Of a stretch of DNA of 45,111 bases, positions 16,034 to 27,746 are shown piece by piece (position 1 is the stretch's first letter; each line of letters opens with the position of its first letter). Where the stretch lies: assembly GCA_964449915.1 (NCBI GenBank), contig CAYVCE010000090.1:1-45111 (forward strand). The letters are read 5' to 3'. The DNA comes from an uncultured Steroidobacteraceae bacterium. Lineage in GTDB: Bacteria; Chloroflexota; Limnocylindria; QHBO01. Under the pieces are notes generated by a model that had not been told where the DNA came from, did not search any database, and was given only the letters and a program-made list of their open reading frames with translations. Both the position numbers and the translations under genes were made by a program.

Positions 16034-19000
16034 TCAGTGGATGATCACCCGGTCGGCTTCGGAGAAATTGAGCCTCTCGCTGCTCTGCATCGACTGGATG
16101 ATCGCCGGCTCCGCCGTGTACTCACCCATGCTGACGACTCGCGCCCAGTAGGTCGCGGCCTGGTTCATCGGCGCAGTGGAGACGCAGAAGCTGACGCGCT
16201 GACCCTCGATGCGATAGGGGTAGCTCACGCCGCCCTCCAGGCCCCAGGCGTCATTGCGCACGACGGGCCGCAGGCCGGACGCCAGCACATCGGTGAGCTG
16301 GTAGCAGCCATCAAGCGCCTGTGCTCCGAACTCGGCGTTCAGGGTGATCTGCACAAGCTCGCCCTCGACCAACGACGCCGGGTCCTTGCCGTACGTGCGC
16401 GTCACCGTCACGTCGGCATCGACTGCCGTCGAGGCCGGATCCATGGGTGCAGTGTAGAACGCGGCGACGCCTGCGGCGCCCTCGATCCGCTCCACTCCGA
16501 GGTTCGCCAGCTGCCCGGCGGTCAGCTGGATCCCGAAGGACTCCCCGCCCTGCAACGTCAGCTCGGTGCGCTCGCCGTCGACCGTGTAGGCGAGCCGTAC
16601 CGGCTCGGACGACAGCCGGGGGAGCGCGATTGCGAGGTAGCTGATCTGCTCCAGCTCGACGAGGATGTTGGTCGTGGCGTTCTTGGTCGTGTATGCGAAG
16701 AACTGCGGCGCGCGACTGTCGCCCAGGCCGCCGCCGAGGATCGCAGCCAGCGACGTCGCCTCCAGGATCTCGTCCTGGTCGTCACCGACGCGCAGGCGAT
16801 AGGTGGGCGCGGTGCGTTCTCCGTACTCGGCGACCAGGCTCTCGTAGACCTGCCGTGCGGTAGTGTCGTCGCCCAGCTCCATCATCGCCAGGCCGGCATA
16901 GATCCGCTCTCGCCAAGTGAGGTCGGCCTCGTCGAGCAGCGCCTGGAGCTGCATCAGCACAGGATCACCGAGCGCCGCCAAGCCGTACAGCGCGATCAGC
17001 TGGCGCTCGCGGGTCTCACCGCGGTCCTCGAGGACACCCAGGAAGGACTGTCTGAGGCCGCCGGTGCCGAAGCGGTCGGCCGAGACGGCGGCGGCGCGTG
17101 CGGTGAGCGTGAGGTCCTGGCCGGCGTATGGGAAGAGCGCGACCCCGCCCTCCGGGGTCTGGTAGGCGGTGGCGTCGAACGGCTCGCTGGGCGCCGCGAC
17201 CCCGTCATAGAACGTCGCGAGGAGGTCAGCCGAAACGTCACGGGCCAGTCGCTGATCGAGCCGGTCGCCGTAGCCCCAGGTCAGCCGCTGCAGCACGCCA
17301 ACGTATCGCCCGCGCTCCTCGTCGGAGAAGACGACACGCGTCGGGCCGGTCTCGCTTCCCTCCACGCGGAGACCGCTCACGACGTCGTAATAGCGGGTCT
17401 GTGCGGACACCAGGCGTGAGGCCACCACCCGGATCGTGCGCACCAGGCTGTCCTCGAGCGCGCCCGAGCGGGCCTCGATGAGGACCTCGTGCGTTCCTTC
17501 GTGCAACTCCGGCAGCGAGAGGTGCGCCGCCTGGAACGCCGGCGCCGTTACCTCGATCGGCGTATCGAGGCCGAGCGAGGGTGCCGCCACTGAGAACGTG
17601 ACGCTGTCGCTCGCGCCGAGGGCCCGTCCGAACGAGCGCAGACGGAGCTCGGGCTCGTCCGTGACGAGGTACTCGTCGCTCAGCGTCACGTCGGCGAAGA
17701 ATGGAAGGCCAACGACGATCCTGTGCATCGCGCCACCCGCCATGAGGCGGTCGTTGAACCCCTCTGCGGTCACGCGCCAGGACGTGAGGTTATCGGGCAG
17801 CTCGAAGCTGATGGATGCGTGGCCGTCCGCATCGGTGGTGACCGCGCCATGGAAGGCGACGTCGGCGAACTGGCTGCGTGGCCCACCGGTGGTGGCGCCG
17901 AATCCAGGGCTCTGGACGTCGGTCGGGACCTGGTGCGATGCATACGTCCGCAAGATGCCCGGGCTCACCGGCGCATACACCGCATCGAGCGCGCACACAC
18001 ACGTGTTCGCGCCCTGGGACAGGAACAGCGCTTCGTCCACCACCGCGATGTTGACCTCGGTGTCCCGCTGCCGGTTGCCGTCCCCGTCCGACACCGTGAT
18101 GTCCAGCGTGGCCTGGTCACCCGGCCCGTAGCGATCCTCGTCCGGTGAGATCTCGATCTCGAGCTCCCGCTCGGCCGGATCGAGTCGGACCTGGTAGCCG
18201 TAGTTCACCTCGGCGTAAGTGCGCCCGTTGAACCACACGCCCGAAACGGTGACGTTCGGCACATCGGCCTCTGTGAAGTCGAACCGATAGGTCGATCCCG
18301 CCTGCACGGCGTAGTCGTGGATCCCGGACTGCGCCTTGATGAACAGGTATCGATTCTCGCCGCCCGATGGCAGCACATCGGTGCCGCGGTGCATGGCCAA
18401 GGAGACCTGTGTGTCGATCGCGAACTGGGCACCGCCGCCGTAGAAGGTGGCGACGCCGTCCGGGTCGGCGAGGTAGACGTTGCTGGCGGCGTAGTCGGAC
18501 CGGTCCTGTGAGCCGGACAGGTAGAGCTGATGCGATTCCGTGCGGCCCTGCCCATCTTGCACCTGCATGTCGATGCGGTAGTCGCGCGCCGGGTCGACCG
18601 GGAACGCCTGCAGGAACGCCCCGCTCGCGTCAGTGACCGTGGTGAACGTCCCGAGGCCAGTCTCCACCAGGTCGTAGCGGTAGTGCTTGCGTACGACCTT
18701 GGCGATGAAGTCGTAGTACTCCCCGATCTCGGTCTGGCGGTACGCGACATCGGTGATCCCCAGCGAGACCGTGACACCCCCCGCCAACCCACCGATGAAG
18801 TCATCGGGGCCTTCGAACGTGCCTTCGTTGATGCGCGTGAGGTCGACCTCGCGCACCGTGCCTGAGATGACGCCCTGGTCGCCCTCCACGTCGGTTGTCG
18901 CCAGCGCGGTCACGCTCGCCGGGTGGACCGAGGCCGACGCCGCGCCCACGATCTCCCCTTCCTCCGGACGGACCGGGGTGACGTTCACGTACGACTCGGT

Positions 19001-21055
19001 GGCGACATAGCCCGGCTCCTCGGCGCCGGCGATCACGGTGACGGCGGCGTGTCCGGTATCGTCCGTGGTCACCTGGCCCTCTGCTGCGCCGCCGTAGCTG
19101 AGCGCGAGACCGGGGACAGGGCTGCCTTCCAGGAAGGTGGCATCGATCGAGAAGGTGATCTCGTCGCCGGCGAACGCGGCGAGCCTGTCGGGCGCCACGC
19201 TGATCTGGTACGCGGGCTTCGTGTAGGTCTGGACCTCGACGCTCGCCTCCCTGATGACCTGCCCATCGACGCTCGTCGTGAGCCGATACCCGCTCGGCGA
19301 GAGGCCAGCGAAGGCGAGCTCGCCGCTGAACGTGCCGAGCGCGTTCGTTTCCACGTCCGTCTCCGCCACGACCACCGGCTGATAGTCGTAGCCCAGGTAA
19401 GAGTGGCTCATGAGCCGGACGGTCACGGTGCGCGGGCCGGGATTCTCTCTGGGCCGCGCGATGCCCCAGAACCGAACGGTGTCGCTCGGCAGGTACAGCG
19501 GTCGATCGACGGACAGGTAGTCCCAGTAGTCGTCGCCGGAGTTGCCGCCCGGAGGCGCGAAGTACCCGAAGGATTCAGCCCGACTGCTCAACGGAACGAT
19601 GGCGGCGCGTCCGTCAGGAGCTGTGACGAGCAGGTTTCCGCCTGCCTGCTCGGGCGAAGCGAGCGTCAGCGTGCCGTCGACGCCGGTTTCTCCGGCGACG
19701 TCCGTCCCGACGAACTCCACGCGCGCGTCGGCGATCGGCGCCTGCGTGCTGAGGTCGTTCGCCCACACCAATGTGCGGTCCTCGGCAAGCGCGGCGTAGG
19801 TGGCGATGTCCGTCACCTGAAGCCATGCCTGCAACGGTCGTCCATTGAATGCCGAATCGACCAGGTAGAAGCCTGCGGGCAGCGGGGCGGGAAACTGGAT
19901 GAAGCTCCTGCCCGACACCGGAAGCCGTTGCAGGTCCGCGTCGAACGTCGCGACCTGGCTGAGGGGGGTGGTATCGGTGACGTACGCCTCGCGGGTGGCA
20001 CCGGCCCAGGCCGGCAGCGCGTCGAAGGCATCGAGGGAGTCGACGAACGCCCCGACGGCGTCGAAGCGATAGACCTTCACCGATAGCCTCACCTCGCCAG
20101 GTTCGTAGGTATTCGTCTCGAGCGCAGGGGCCTCGCTCGGGGAGGACTCTGCGGTCCTGCGCGTGAAGTTGACGACGGATGCGGGCACCCCAACGGTCGC
20201 GTCGATCTCCGTCTCGAACTGCACGACGAAGTCGTTCACCATCACGTCCGCCGAGCCCTCGACGGCAAGCCCTCCCGTGACCGTCACCGTGTAGAGCGTG
20301 GCAGGCGCGAGCCCGCCTTCGGGAACGAAGACCGTGATGCGCCCATGGGCCTCGAAACGGCCCGGCACCGCGGGCTCGATTTGGAAGTGTTCTTCGAGCC
20401 CTTGGACGCCCTCCTGCGCGAACGTCAGCTCGATCCCGGTGTTGACCGGGACCCCCGTCGATTCGTGGCGCGGAACGGTCTGCAGGATCCCGACCGACGC
20501 CTTGGTCTGGAACGCGAAGGAGGCGAGCACATGCGGCGTGGACATGGTCTCGTCCGCGACCAGGAAGCGGTACACCGTGCCGGGGTGCAGCGGCTCCGTC
20601 GCGCCGATGCGGTAGCGACCAGCGCTCTCGCGTGCCACGCTGAGCTCCACCGCCGGCTCGACGTGCAGGAGCGCGCGCACCGCATCCGCGTCGAGATCCT
20701 CGCTGCTGGCGAGGATGAACTCCGTGGCAGGGTCGACGCCGATGGCGTCGGCCGTCGTCGCCATCATCTCGAAGCTGGTATCGCGCCCGACCTCCACTGG
20801 TAGGGCCCCGCTCGCGATGGGCTCGCTCGCGCCCGGAGAGGTCTCCGGGACGCCCGCCTGCGGCGTCGCGTCGGAGAAGAAGCCAGCCATGAACAGGATC
20901 GCGACGCCAACCACCGCGATGGTCGACCCCGCGAGCGCGACGCGCCGGCGCCGGGTGGCCATGACGCGGGCCACCCAGGCCCGGAGCACCTGGATCCGGC
21001 CCAGGGTTGTGGAGGCGTTGTCGGGTTCACGCATGTCCGCACCGTATGCGGGCAT
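16034..21055 (-). CDS. alpha-2-macroglobulin-family large protein, membrane-anchored, without a thioester motif
   Basis: About 1700 aa. N-terminal TM helix VALAGSTIAVVGVAILFMAGFF. The A2M-type core reads FADVAFHGAVTTDADGHASISFELPDNLTSWRVTAEGF. The thioester position reads LTWGYGDRLDQ, not CxEQ. The start is uncertain: ATGs lie at 21055 and 21034, and the longest ORF reaches 21169. Confidence 0.78.
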   Translation of the reverse strand: MPAYGADMREPDNASTTLGRIQVLRAWVARVMATRRRRVALAGSTIAVVGVAILFMAGFFSDATPQAGVPETSPGASEPIASGALPVEVGRDTSFEMMATTADAIGVDPATEFILASSEDLDADAVRALLHVEPAVELSVARESAGRYRIGATEPLHPGTVYRFLVADETMSTPHVLASFAFQTKASVGILQTVPRHESTGVPVNTGIELTFAQEGVQGLEEHFQIEPAVPGRFEAHGRITVFVPEGGLAPATLYTVTVTGGLAVEGSADVMVNDFVVQFETEIDATVGVPASVVNFTRRTAESSPSEAPALETNTYEPGEVRLSVKVYRFDAVGAFVDSLDAFDALPAWAGATREAYVTDTTPLSQVATFDADLQRLPVSGRSFIQFPAPLPAGFYLVDSAFNGRPLQAWLQVTDIATYAALAEDRTLVWANDLSTQAPIADARVEFVGTDVAGETGVDGTLTLASPEQAGGNLLVTAPDGRAAIVPLSSRAESFGYFAPPGGNSGDDYWDYLSVDRPLYLPSDTVRFWGIARPRENPGPRTVTVRLMSHSYLGYDYQPVVVAETDVETNALGTFSGELAFAGLSPSGYRLTTSVDGQVIREASVEVQTYTKPAYQISVAPDRLAAFAGDEITFSIDATFLEGSPVPGLALSYGGAAEGQVTTDDTGHAAVTVIAGAEEPGYVATESYVNVTPVRPEEGEIVGAASASVHPASVTALATTDVEGDQGVISGTVREVDLTRINEGTFEGPDDFIGGLAGGVTVSLGITDVAYRQTEIGEYYDFIAKVVRKHYRYDLVETGLGTFTTVTDASGAFLQAFPVDPARDYRIDMQVQDGQGRTESHQLYLSGSQDRSDYAASNVYLADPDGVATFYGGGAQFAIDTQVSLAMHRGTDVLPSGGENRYLFIKAQSGIHDYAVQAGSTYRFDFTEADVPNVTVSGVWFNGRTYAEVNYGYQVRLDPAERELEIEISPDEDRYGPGDQATLDITVSDGDGNRQRDTEVNIAVVDEALFLSQGANTCVCALDAVYAPVSPGILRTYASHQVPTDVQSPGFGATTGGPRSQFADVAFHGAVTTDADGHASISFELPDNLTSWRVTAEGFNDRLMAGGAMHRIVVGLPFFADVTLSDEYLVTDEPELRLRSFGRALGASDSVTFSVAAPSLGLDTPIEVTAPAFQAAHLSLPELHEGTHEVLIEARSGALEDSLVRTIRVVASRLVSAQTRYYDVVSGLRVEGSETGPTRVVFSDEERGRYVGVLQRLTWGYGDRLDQRLARDVSADLLATFYDGVAAPSEPFDATAYQTPEGGVALFPYAGQDLTLTARAAAVSADRFGTGGLRQSFLGVLEDRGETRERQLIALYGLAALGDPVLMQLQALLDEADLTWRERIYAGLAMMELGDDTTARQVYESLVAEYGERTAPTYRLRVGDDQDEILEATSLAAILGGGLGDSRAPQFFAYTTKNATTNILVELEQISYLAIALPRLSSEPVRLAYTVDGERTELTLQGGESFGIQLTAGQLANLGVERIEGAAGVAAFYTAPMDPASTAVDADVTVTRTYGKDPASLVEGELVQITLNAEFGAQALDGCYQLTDVLASGLRPVVRNDAWGLEGGVSYPYRIEGQRVSFCVSTAPMNQAATYWARVVSMGEYTAEPAIIQSMQSSERLNFSEADRVIIH

Positions 21056-21162
21056 ACCTGCGGCGCGACTGCGGTAATCGACCGATGCGAATGATCCACG
21101 TGTGGGCGGCTCGATAAGCCGGCCGTGATCGGCTGGTAAGCGGTGGTCGCGATCATGGGCCG

Positions 21163-22821
21163 ATGACATTGTTAGCGGCGCGTCCCAGGGCGGGCCTCCA
21201 TCCCATGCTCGCCGCTCTCGATGACGAGCAGCGCGCGGCCGCCACGCTGCCCGACGGGCCCGCGCAGATCATCGCGCCGGCCGGCAGCGGCAAGACGACG
21301 ACGATGGTCGCCCGGCTGGCGGTGCTACTGGCGCGGGGTGTGCCGCCCGACCAGATCTGCGTGGTGACCTTCAACCGGGACGCGGCCGTCGACCTCGCCG
21401 CGCGCGTCGAGCGCCGGCTGTCGCCCACGACGCCGGCAGCGTCCTCCATCGAGATCCGGACCCTCCATGCGCTCGCCCGGCAGGTCCTCCTCGACGCCGG
21501 CGAGGGCAGGAACATCGTCGCCGACCGCCTGCCGGTGCTGCGAGCAGCGCGGCGCCGCGTTCACGCCGCCGACCCGTCGATCGCGCTCGCGGAGCCATCG
21601 CAGCTCGAAACCTGGCTCTCGGCCTGGAAGATCGAGCGTCGGGAGCCACCGGCGGAGGCCCGACCGATCCTCGACGCGTACGCCGATCTCCTGCGCGTGC
21701 GCGGCGCTGTCGACTTCGACGACCTCGTGGTCCGCGCCTGCCACCTGCTCGAAACCGATGCGCGGCTACGCCTGCGCTGGCAGTCGCGCTTCCTCCACGT
21801 CTGCGTCGACGAGTTCCAGGATGTCGACGCGGCTCAGCTGCGGCTCGTCCGGTTGCTGGCGGCACCCGAGGACAACCTGTTCGTGGTCGGCGACGACGAC
21901 CAGACGATCTACGCCTGGCGCCTGGCCGACGTGCGGCGCATCCTGCGGTTCTCCGACGACTACCCGGCTGCCCGGCGCGTGATGCTGGCGACGAACTACC
22001 GATGCCCGCCCTCCGTGGTGGCCGCCTCAGCCCGGATGGTGGCCTTCAACCGCGAGCGCTTCGTCAAGCCGATCCGCTCCCCCGCCAACGTCGAGCTCGA
22101 TCCGACCGCCATCGCAGCCTGGGACGCCGCCAATCCGAGCTCAGGCGACGCGCTAGCGCGCCTGGCAGCCGTCGAGGACGAGGCCGGCCGCAGCCTGTGC
22201 TTCCTGGCGCGGACCCGCGGGGAGCTGATCCCGATCCTCCTGGCCCTCACCCGGGCCGGCGTGCGGCACACCACCGCCATCCCGCCGCTGGTCGAGTCGG
22301 AGCGTGTCGTCGCGCTGGTCGACGCGGCACGGGGCCTCGAGGCTCGGGAGCACCCGTTCCACGTCTTCCGCCGGCTCCGTGCCGGCCGGGGCTGGGTTCG
22401 CGACAGTCCGGCTGCCGACCTCCTCGGCGACGACGACCATCTCGCCCTCGACGCGCTGCTCGGTTGGGCCACCGGCTTCGCCCGGACCGATGCGTTCGTC
22501 GCCGCCTACGACGCGGCCCGCGCGCGCATCGCCGCCCTGCGCGACCCTGCCGCGCCGGTGGAGCTGGCAACCGTCCATGCCAGCAAGGGTCGCGAGTGGG
22601 AGACCGTGGTCCTCATCGGCTTCGAGTCCGACCGGATTCCGAACCGTCGCTCGCTGGTCGACGCCGACGACGGCGATCGAGCGATGGAGGAGGAGCGCCG
22701 CCTCGCGTACGTCGCAGTCACCCGCGCGACGCGCAGGCTCATCCTCGCGTTCGATCCCGCGCGGCAGTCGCCCTTCCTTGGCGACCTCGGATTCGGGTCG
22801 GCCATGGCGAGGAACGATTGA
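21163..22821 (+). CDS. UvrD/REP-family ATP-dependent DNA helicase (compact, about 540-550 aa)
   Basis: IIAPAGSGKTTT (Walker A), VDEFQDVD (motif II), ATNYRCP, TVHASKGREWETVVL and RRLAYVAVTRATRRL. The alternative start at 21205 (MLAALDDEQRAA...) fits the family N-terminus better. Confidence 0.85.
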   Translation: MTLLAARPRAGLHPMLAALDDEQRAAATLPDGPAQIIAPAGSGKTTTMVARLAVLLARGVPPDQICVVTFNRDAAVDLAARVERRLSPTTPAASSIEIRTLHALARQVLLDAGEGRNIVADRLPVLRAARRRVHAADPSIALAEPSQLETWLSAWKIERREPPAEARPILDAYADLLRVRGAVDFDDLVVRACHLLETDARLRLRWQSRFLHVCVDEFQDVDAAQLRLVRLLAAPEDNLFVVGDDDQTIYAWRLADVRRILRFSDDYPAARRVMLATNYRCPPSVVAASARMVAFNRERFVKPIRSPANVELDPTAIAAWDAANPSSGDALARLAAVEDEAGRSLCFLARTRGELIPILLALTRAGVRHTTAIPPLVESERVVALVDAARGLEAREHPFHVFRRLRAGRGWVRDSPAADLLGDDDHLALDALLGWATGFARTDAFVAAYDAARARIAALRDPAAPVELATVHASKGREWETVVLIGFESDRIPNRRSLVDADDGDRAMEEERRLAYVAVTRATRRLILAFDPARQSPFLGDLGFGSAMARND

Positions 22822-22935
22822 GTCGACGACCCGGTCGAACGAGACACTTGGCGTAGGAACCCCCGAAGGCGGTCGCGCCGTCTCGGTACCGGGCGCGCCA
22901 CAACCCATCACCACTCGAACAAGAAGGATCTCTCA

Positions 22936-23172
22936 ATGCCCCTCGTTTCCACTCTGCGGCAGCGCGTGAGTCGTGCCGCGGTCATCTTCCTCCTGGTCGC
23001 CGTCGCGGTCCTCGGCGTGGCTGCGGTCGCCCTGGCGAACTCACCCGGCGTTCTTCCGGTCGAGCCCGACGGCGGTACCGGCGGCGAAGTCGTCCTCCCC
23101 GTCGAGCCGGACGGCGGCATCGGTGGCGAGGTCATTCTCCCCGTCGAGCCCGACGGCGGCATCGGAGACTGA
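22936..23172 (+). CDS. small signal-peptide protein with three acidic 14-aa tandem repeats
   Basis: AAGGA lies 7-8 nt before the ATG. Signal-like N-terminus RAAVIFLLVAVAVLGVAAVALA-NS, then LPVEPDGGTGGEVV / LPVEPDGGIGGEVI / LPVEPDGGIGD. Third codon positions are mostly G/C. A terminator hairpin follows. I recognise no homolog. Confidence 0.5.
   Translation: MPLVSTLRQRVSRAAVIFLLVAVAVLGVAAVALANSPGVLPVEPDGGTGGEVVLPVEPDGGIGGEVILPVEPDGGIGD
23053..23169 (+). repeat. 42-nt tandem repeat, 2.8 copies (coding)
   Basis: Copies at 23053-23094, 23095-23136 and 23137-23169. They are near-identical at the DNA level (ctYccSgtcgagccSgacggcggYAYcgg...). Confidence 0.9.
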
Positions 23173-23190
23173 CCTCCTCCGCGCAGAGAG

Positions 23191-23228
23191 CGCCCCCGAC
23201 CAGCGTCGGGGGCGTTCCTCCGTTTCCC
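23191..23228. terminator. bidirectional intrinsic terminator between the small ORF (+) and uvrA (-)
   Basis: Perfect 10-bp stem CGCCCCCGAC-cagc-GTCGGGGGCG (23191-23214), followed by TTCCTCCGTTTCCC. Confidence 0.6.
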
Positions 23229-23249
23229 AGTTCGTCGACACGACGACAA

Positions 23250-26186
<2,937 letters not shown>

Positions 26187-26195
26187 CGGATCGAC

Positions 26196-26201
26196 ATCGT
26201 A
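26196..26201 (-). promoter_or_regulatory. candidate -10 box (TACGAT), 9 nt upstream of the uvrA ATG; leaderless or near-leaderless mRNA
   Basis: Minus strand: ...cctgtTACGATgtcgatccgATG. No Shine-Dalgarno sequence in the 9-nt gap. Confidence 0.35.
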
Positions 26202-26219
26202 ACAGGAACGAGACCGATG

Positions 26220-26233
26220 CGAACGCCTGTTCT
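26220..26233. promoter_or_regulatory. LexA (SOS/Cheo-type) box upstream of uvrA
   Basis: Plus strand CGAACGCCTGTTCT; on the uvrA strand AGAACAGGCGTTCG. This matches the Gram-positive/actinobacterial core GAAC-N4-GTTC(G). It lies 18 nt upstream of the candidate -10, over the -35 position. Confidence 0.55.
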
Positions 26234-26286
26234 GTTTGCGTTCGTGCCACTCTCCGGCCTCAGGCAGGCCGCCCGTTCGGTCCAGC

Positions 26287-26348
26287 ATCGTCGCCCCGGA
26301 TCATCGGCGACAAACCTGACATCGAGTGACCTGAATCGGGGCGACGAT
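26287..26348. other. 12-bp inverted repeat with a 38-nt spacer, just downstream of the GH1 stop
   Basis: ATCGTCGCCCCG (26287-26298) and CGGGGCGACGAT (26337-26348). Possibly a terminator or insulator between the bgl unit and the uvrA promoter. Confidence 0.3.
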
Positions 26349-26351
26349 CCC

Positions 26352-27746
26352 TCAGCGTGCCTGGGCGAGCAGCGCGCGATACCACTGTCCGCTGGCCTTG
26401 ACCGTCCGTCGCTGGGTTGCGAAGTCGACGTGCACGATGCCGAAGCGCGTGCCGTAGCCGAGCCCCCATTCGAAGTTGTCGAGCAGCGACCAGGCGAAGT
26501 AGCCGATGAGCGGCACGCCCTCGGCGATCGCGGCGCCGGCGGCCTCGACATGCGAGGCGAGGTAGCGAAGCCGGTCCGCGTCGACGACCCGGCCGTCCGC
26601 CGCGACCTCGTCGGAAAACGTGGCGCCGTTCTCGGTGACCGCGATGGCCCGCGGGGCGTACTCGCGCTGGATCCGCACCAGCGTCGAGCGCAGGCCGTCG
26701 GGGTGGATCTCCCAGCCGTTCCCCGTGCGATCGCCGGTCGCCTCGAGGGCGCGGGCGCCGATCCCCCAGTCCGGCTCCGGCGGTGTCGCGACGATCCGCT
26801 CGCGCCGGTAGTAGTTCAGCGCCAGGAAGTCGAGTGGCGGCGCCCCGGCCACCGCATCGGGATCGATGCCGTCGAGCAGCCCGAGGCCGTCGTACCAGCT
26901 CACCAGGTCGGAGGGATAGCCGCGCCCGAACGACGGGTCCAGGAACCAGCGATGCATTGCGCCGTCGTATCGGACGACCGCCTGCAGGTCCTGTGGGCGG
27001 TCGCTGCCGGGCTCCAAATGGGCGACGTCGTGGCAGATCCCGACCCTGGCCGCCGGCGCGGCTGCTCGCACGGCCGCGGCTGCGGCCGCATGCGCGAGGT
27101 GCGAGTGGTGCGCCGCTCGCAGCGCGCCGGCCGCCCCGTGCCGGCCCGGCGCATGCCGGCCGGTGCCGTAGCCCATGAGCGTGAAGGTCCGCGGCTCGTT
27201 CAGCGTGATCCAGGAGCGCACCCGGTCGCCGAGCCGTCCGGCCACGATGCCGGCGAACGCGCCGAATCGGTCCACGACCTCGGGCTCGAGCCAGCCGCCC
27301 CTGTTCTCGATCGGCTGCGGCAGGTCCCAGTGGTAGAGCGTGAGCCATGGCTCGATGCCGCGTTCAAGGAGCCCGTCGACCAGGCGATCGTAGAAGTCGA
27401 GCCCGCGGGGGTTCGCAGCGCCGGATCCGCCCGGCTGCACGCGCGGCCAGGAGATGCTGAACCGGTACGCCCGCAGCCCGAGCGACGCCATGAGGTCGAG
27501 ATCGTCGCGCCAGCGGCGCACGTGGTCGCAGGCGACGTCGCCGGTGTCACCGTTGAGCGTGGACCCGGGCGTGTGGCTGAACGTGTCCCAGATGCTCGGC
27601 GTGCGGCCGTCGAGCTCGACGGCTCCTTCGACCTGGTACGCGGCGGTCGCGGCACCCCACGCGAAGCCCGGCGGAAATCGCTCGGCCAGGGTGCGCAGCG
27701 CCTCGGGTGACGTGGCTTCCTGAGCGCGGTGGGCCCGCGTGCTCAT
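26352..27746 (-). CDS. GH1 beta-glucosidase
   Basis: FPPGFAWGAATAAYQVEG, WITLNEP (acid/base Glu), AVTENGA (nucleophile Glu) and FAWSLLDNFEW. Confidence 0.93.
   Translation of the reverse strand: MSTRAHRAQEATSPEALRTLAERFPPGFAWGAATAAYQVEGAVELDGRTPSIWDTFSHTPGSTLNGDTGDVACDHVRRWRDDLDLMASLGLRAYRFSISWPRVQPGGSGAANPRGLDFYDRLVDGLLERGIEPWLTLYHWDLPQPIENRGGWLEPEVVDRFGAFAGIVAGRLGDRVRSWITLNEPRTFTLMGYGTGRHAPGRHGAAGALRAAHHSHLAHAAAAAAVRAAAPAARVGICHDVAHLEPGSDRPQDLQAVVRYDGAMHRWFLDPSFGRGYPSDLVSWYDGLGLLDGIDPDAVAGAPPLDFLALNYYRRERIVATPPEPDWGIGARALEATGDRTGNGWEIHPDGLRSTLVRIQREYAPRAIAVTENGATFSDEVAADGRVVDADRLRYLASHVEAAGAAIAEGVPLIGYFAWSLLDNFEWGLGYGTRFGIVHVDFATQRRTVKASGQWYRALLAQAR

Noticed and set aside
21056-21204. Overlap of the longest A2M ORF (to 21169) with the helicase ORF start (21163)
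   Set aside because: Divergent genes overlapping at their 5' ends is unlikely. Internal ATGs (21055/21034 for A2M; 21205 for the helicase) give normal N-termini and leave room for a promoter region.
23053-23169. RTX-type calcium-binding nonapeptide repeats in the small ORF
   Set aside because: The period is 14 aa, not 9, and the GGxGxDxUx consensus is not met. Only a loose DGG/GG resemblance exists, so it is kept as an unclassified repeat.
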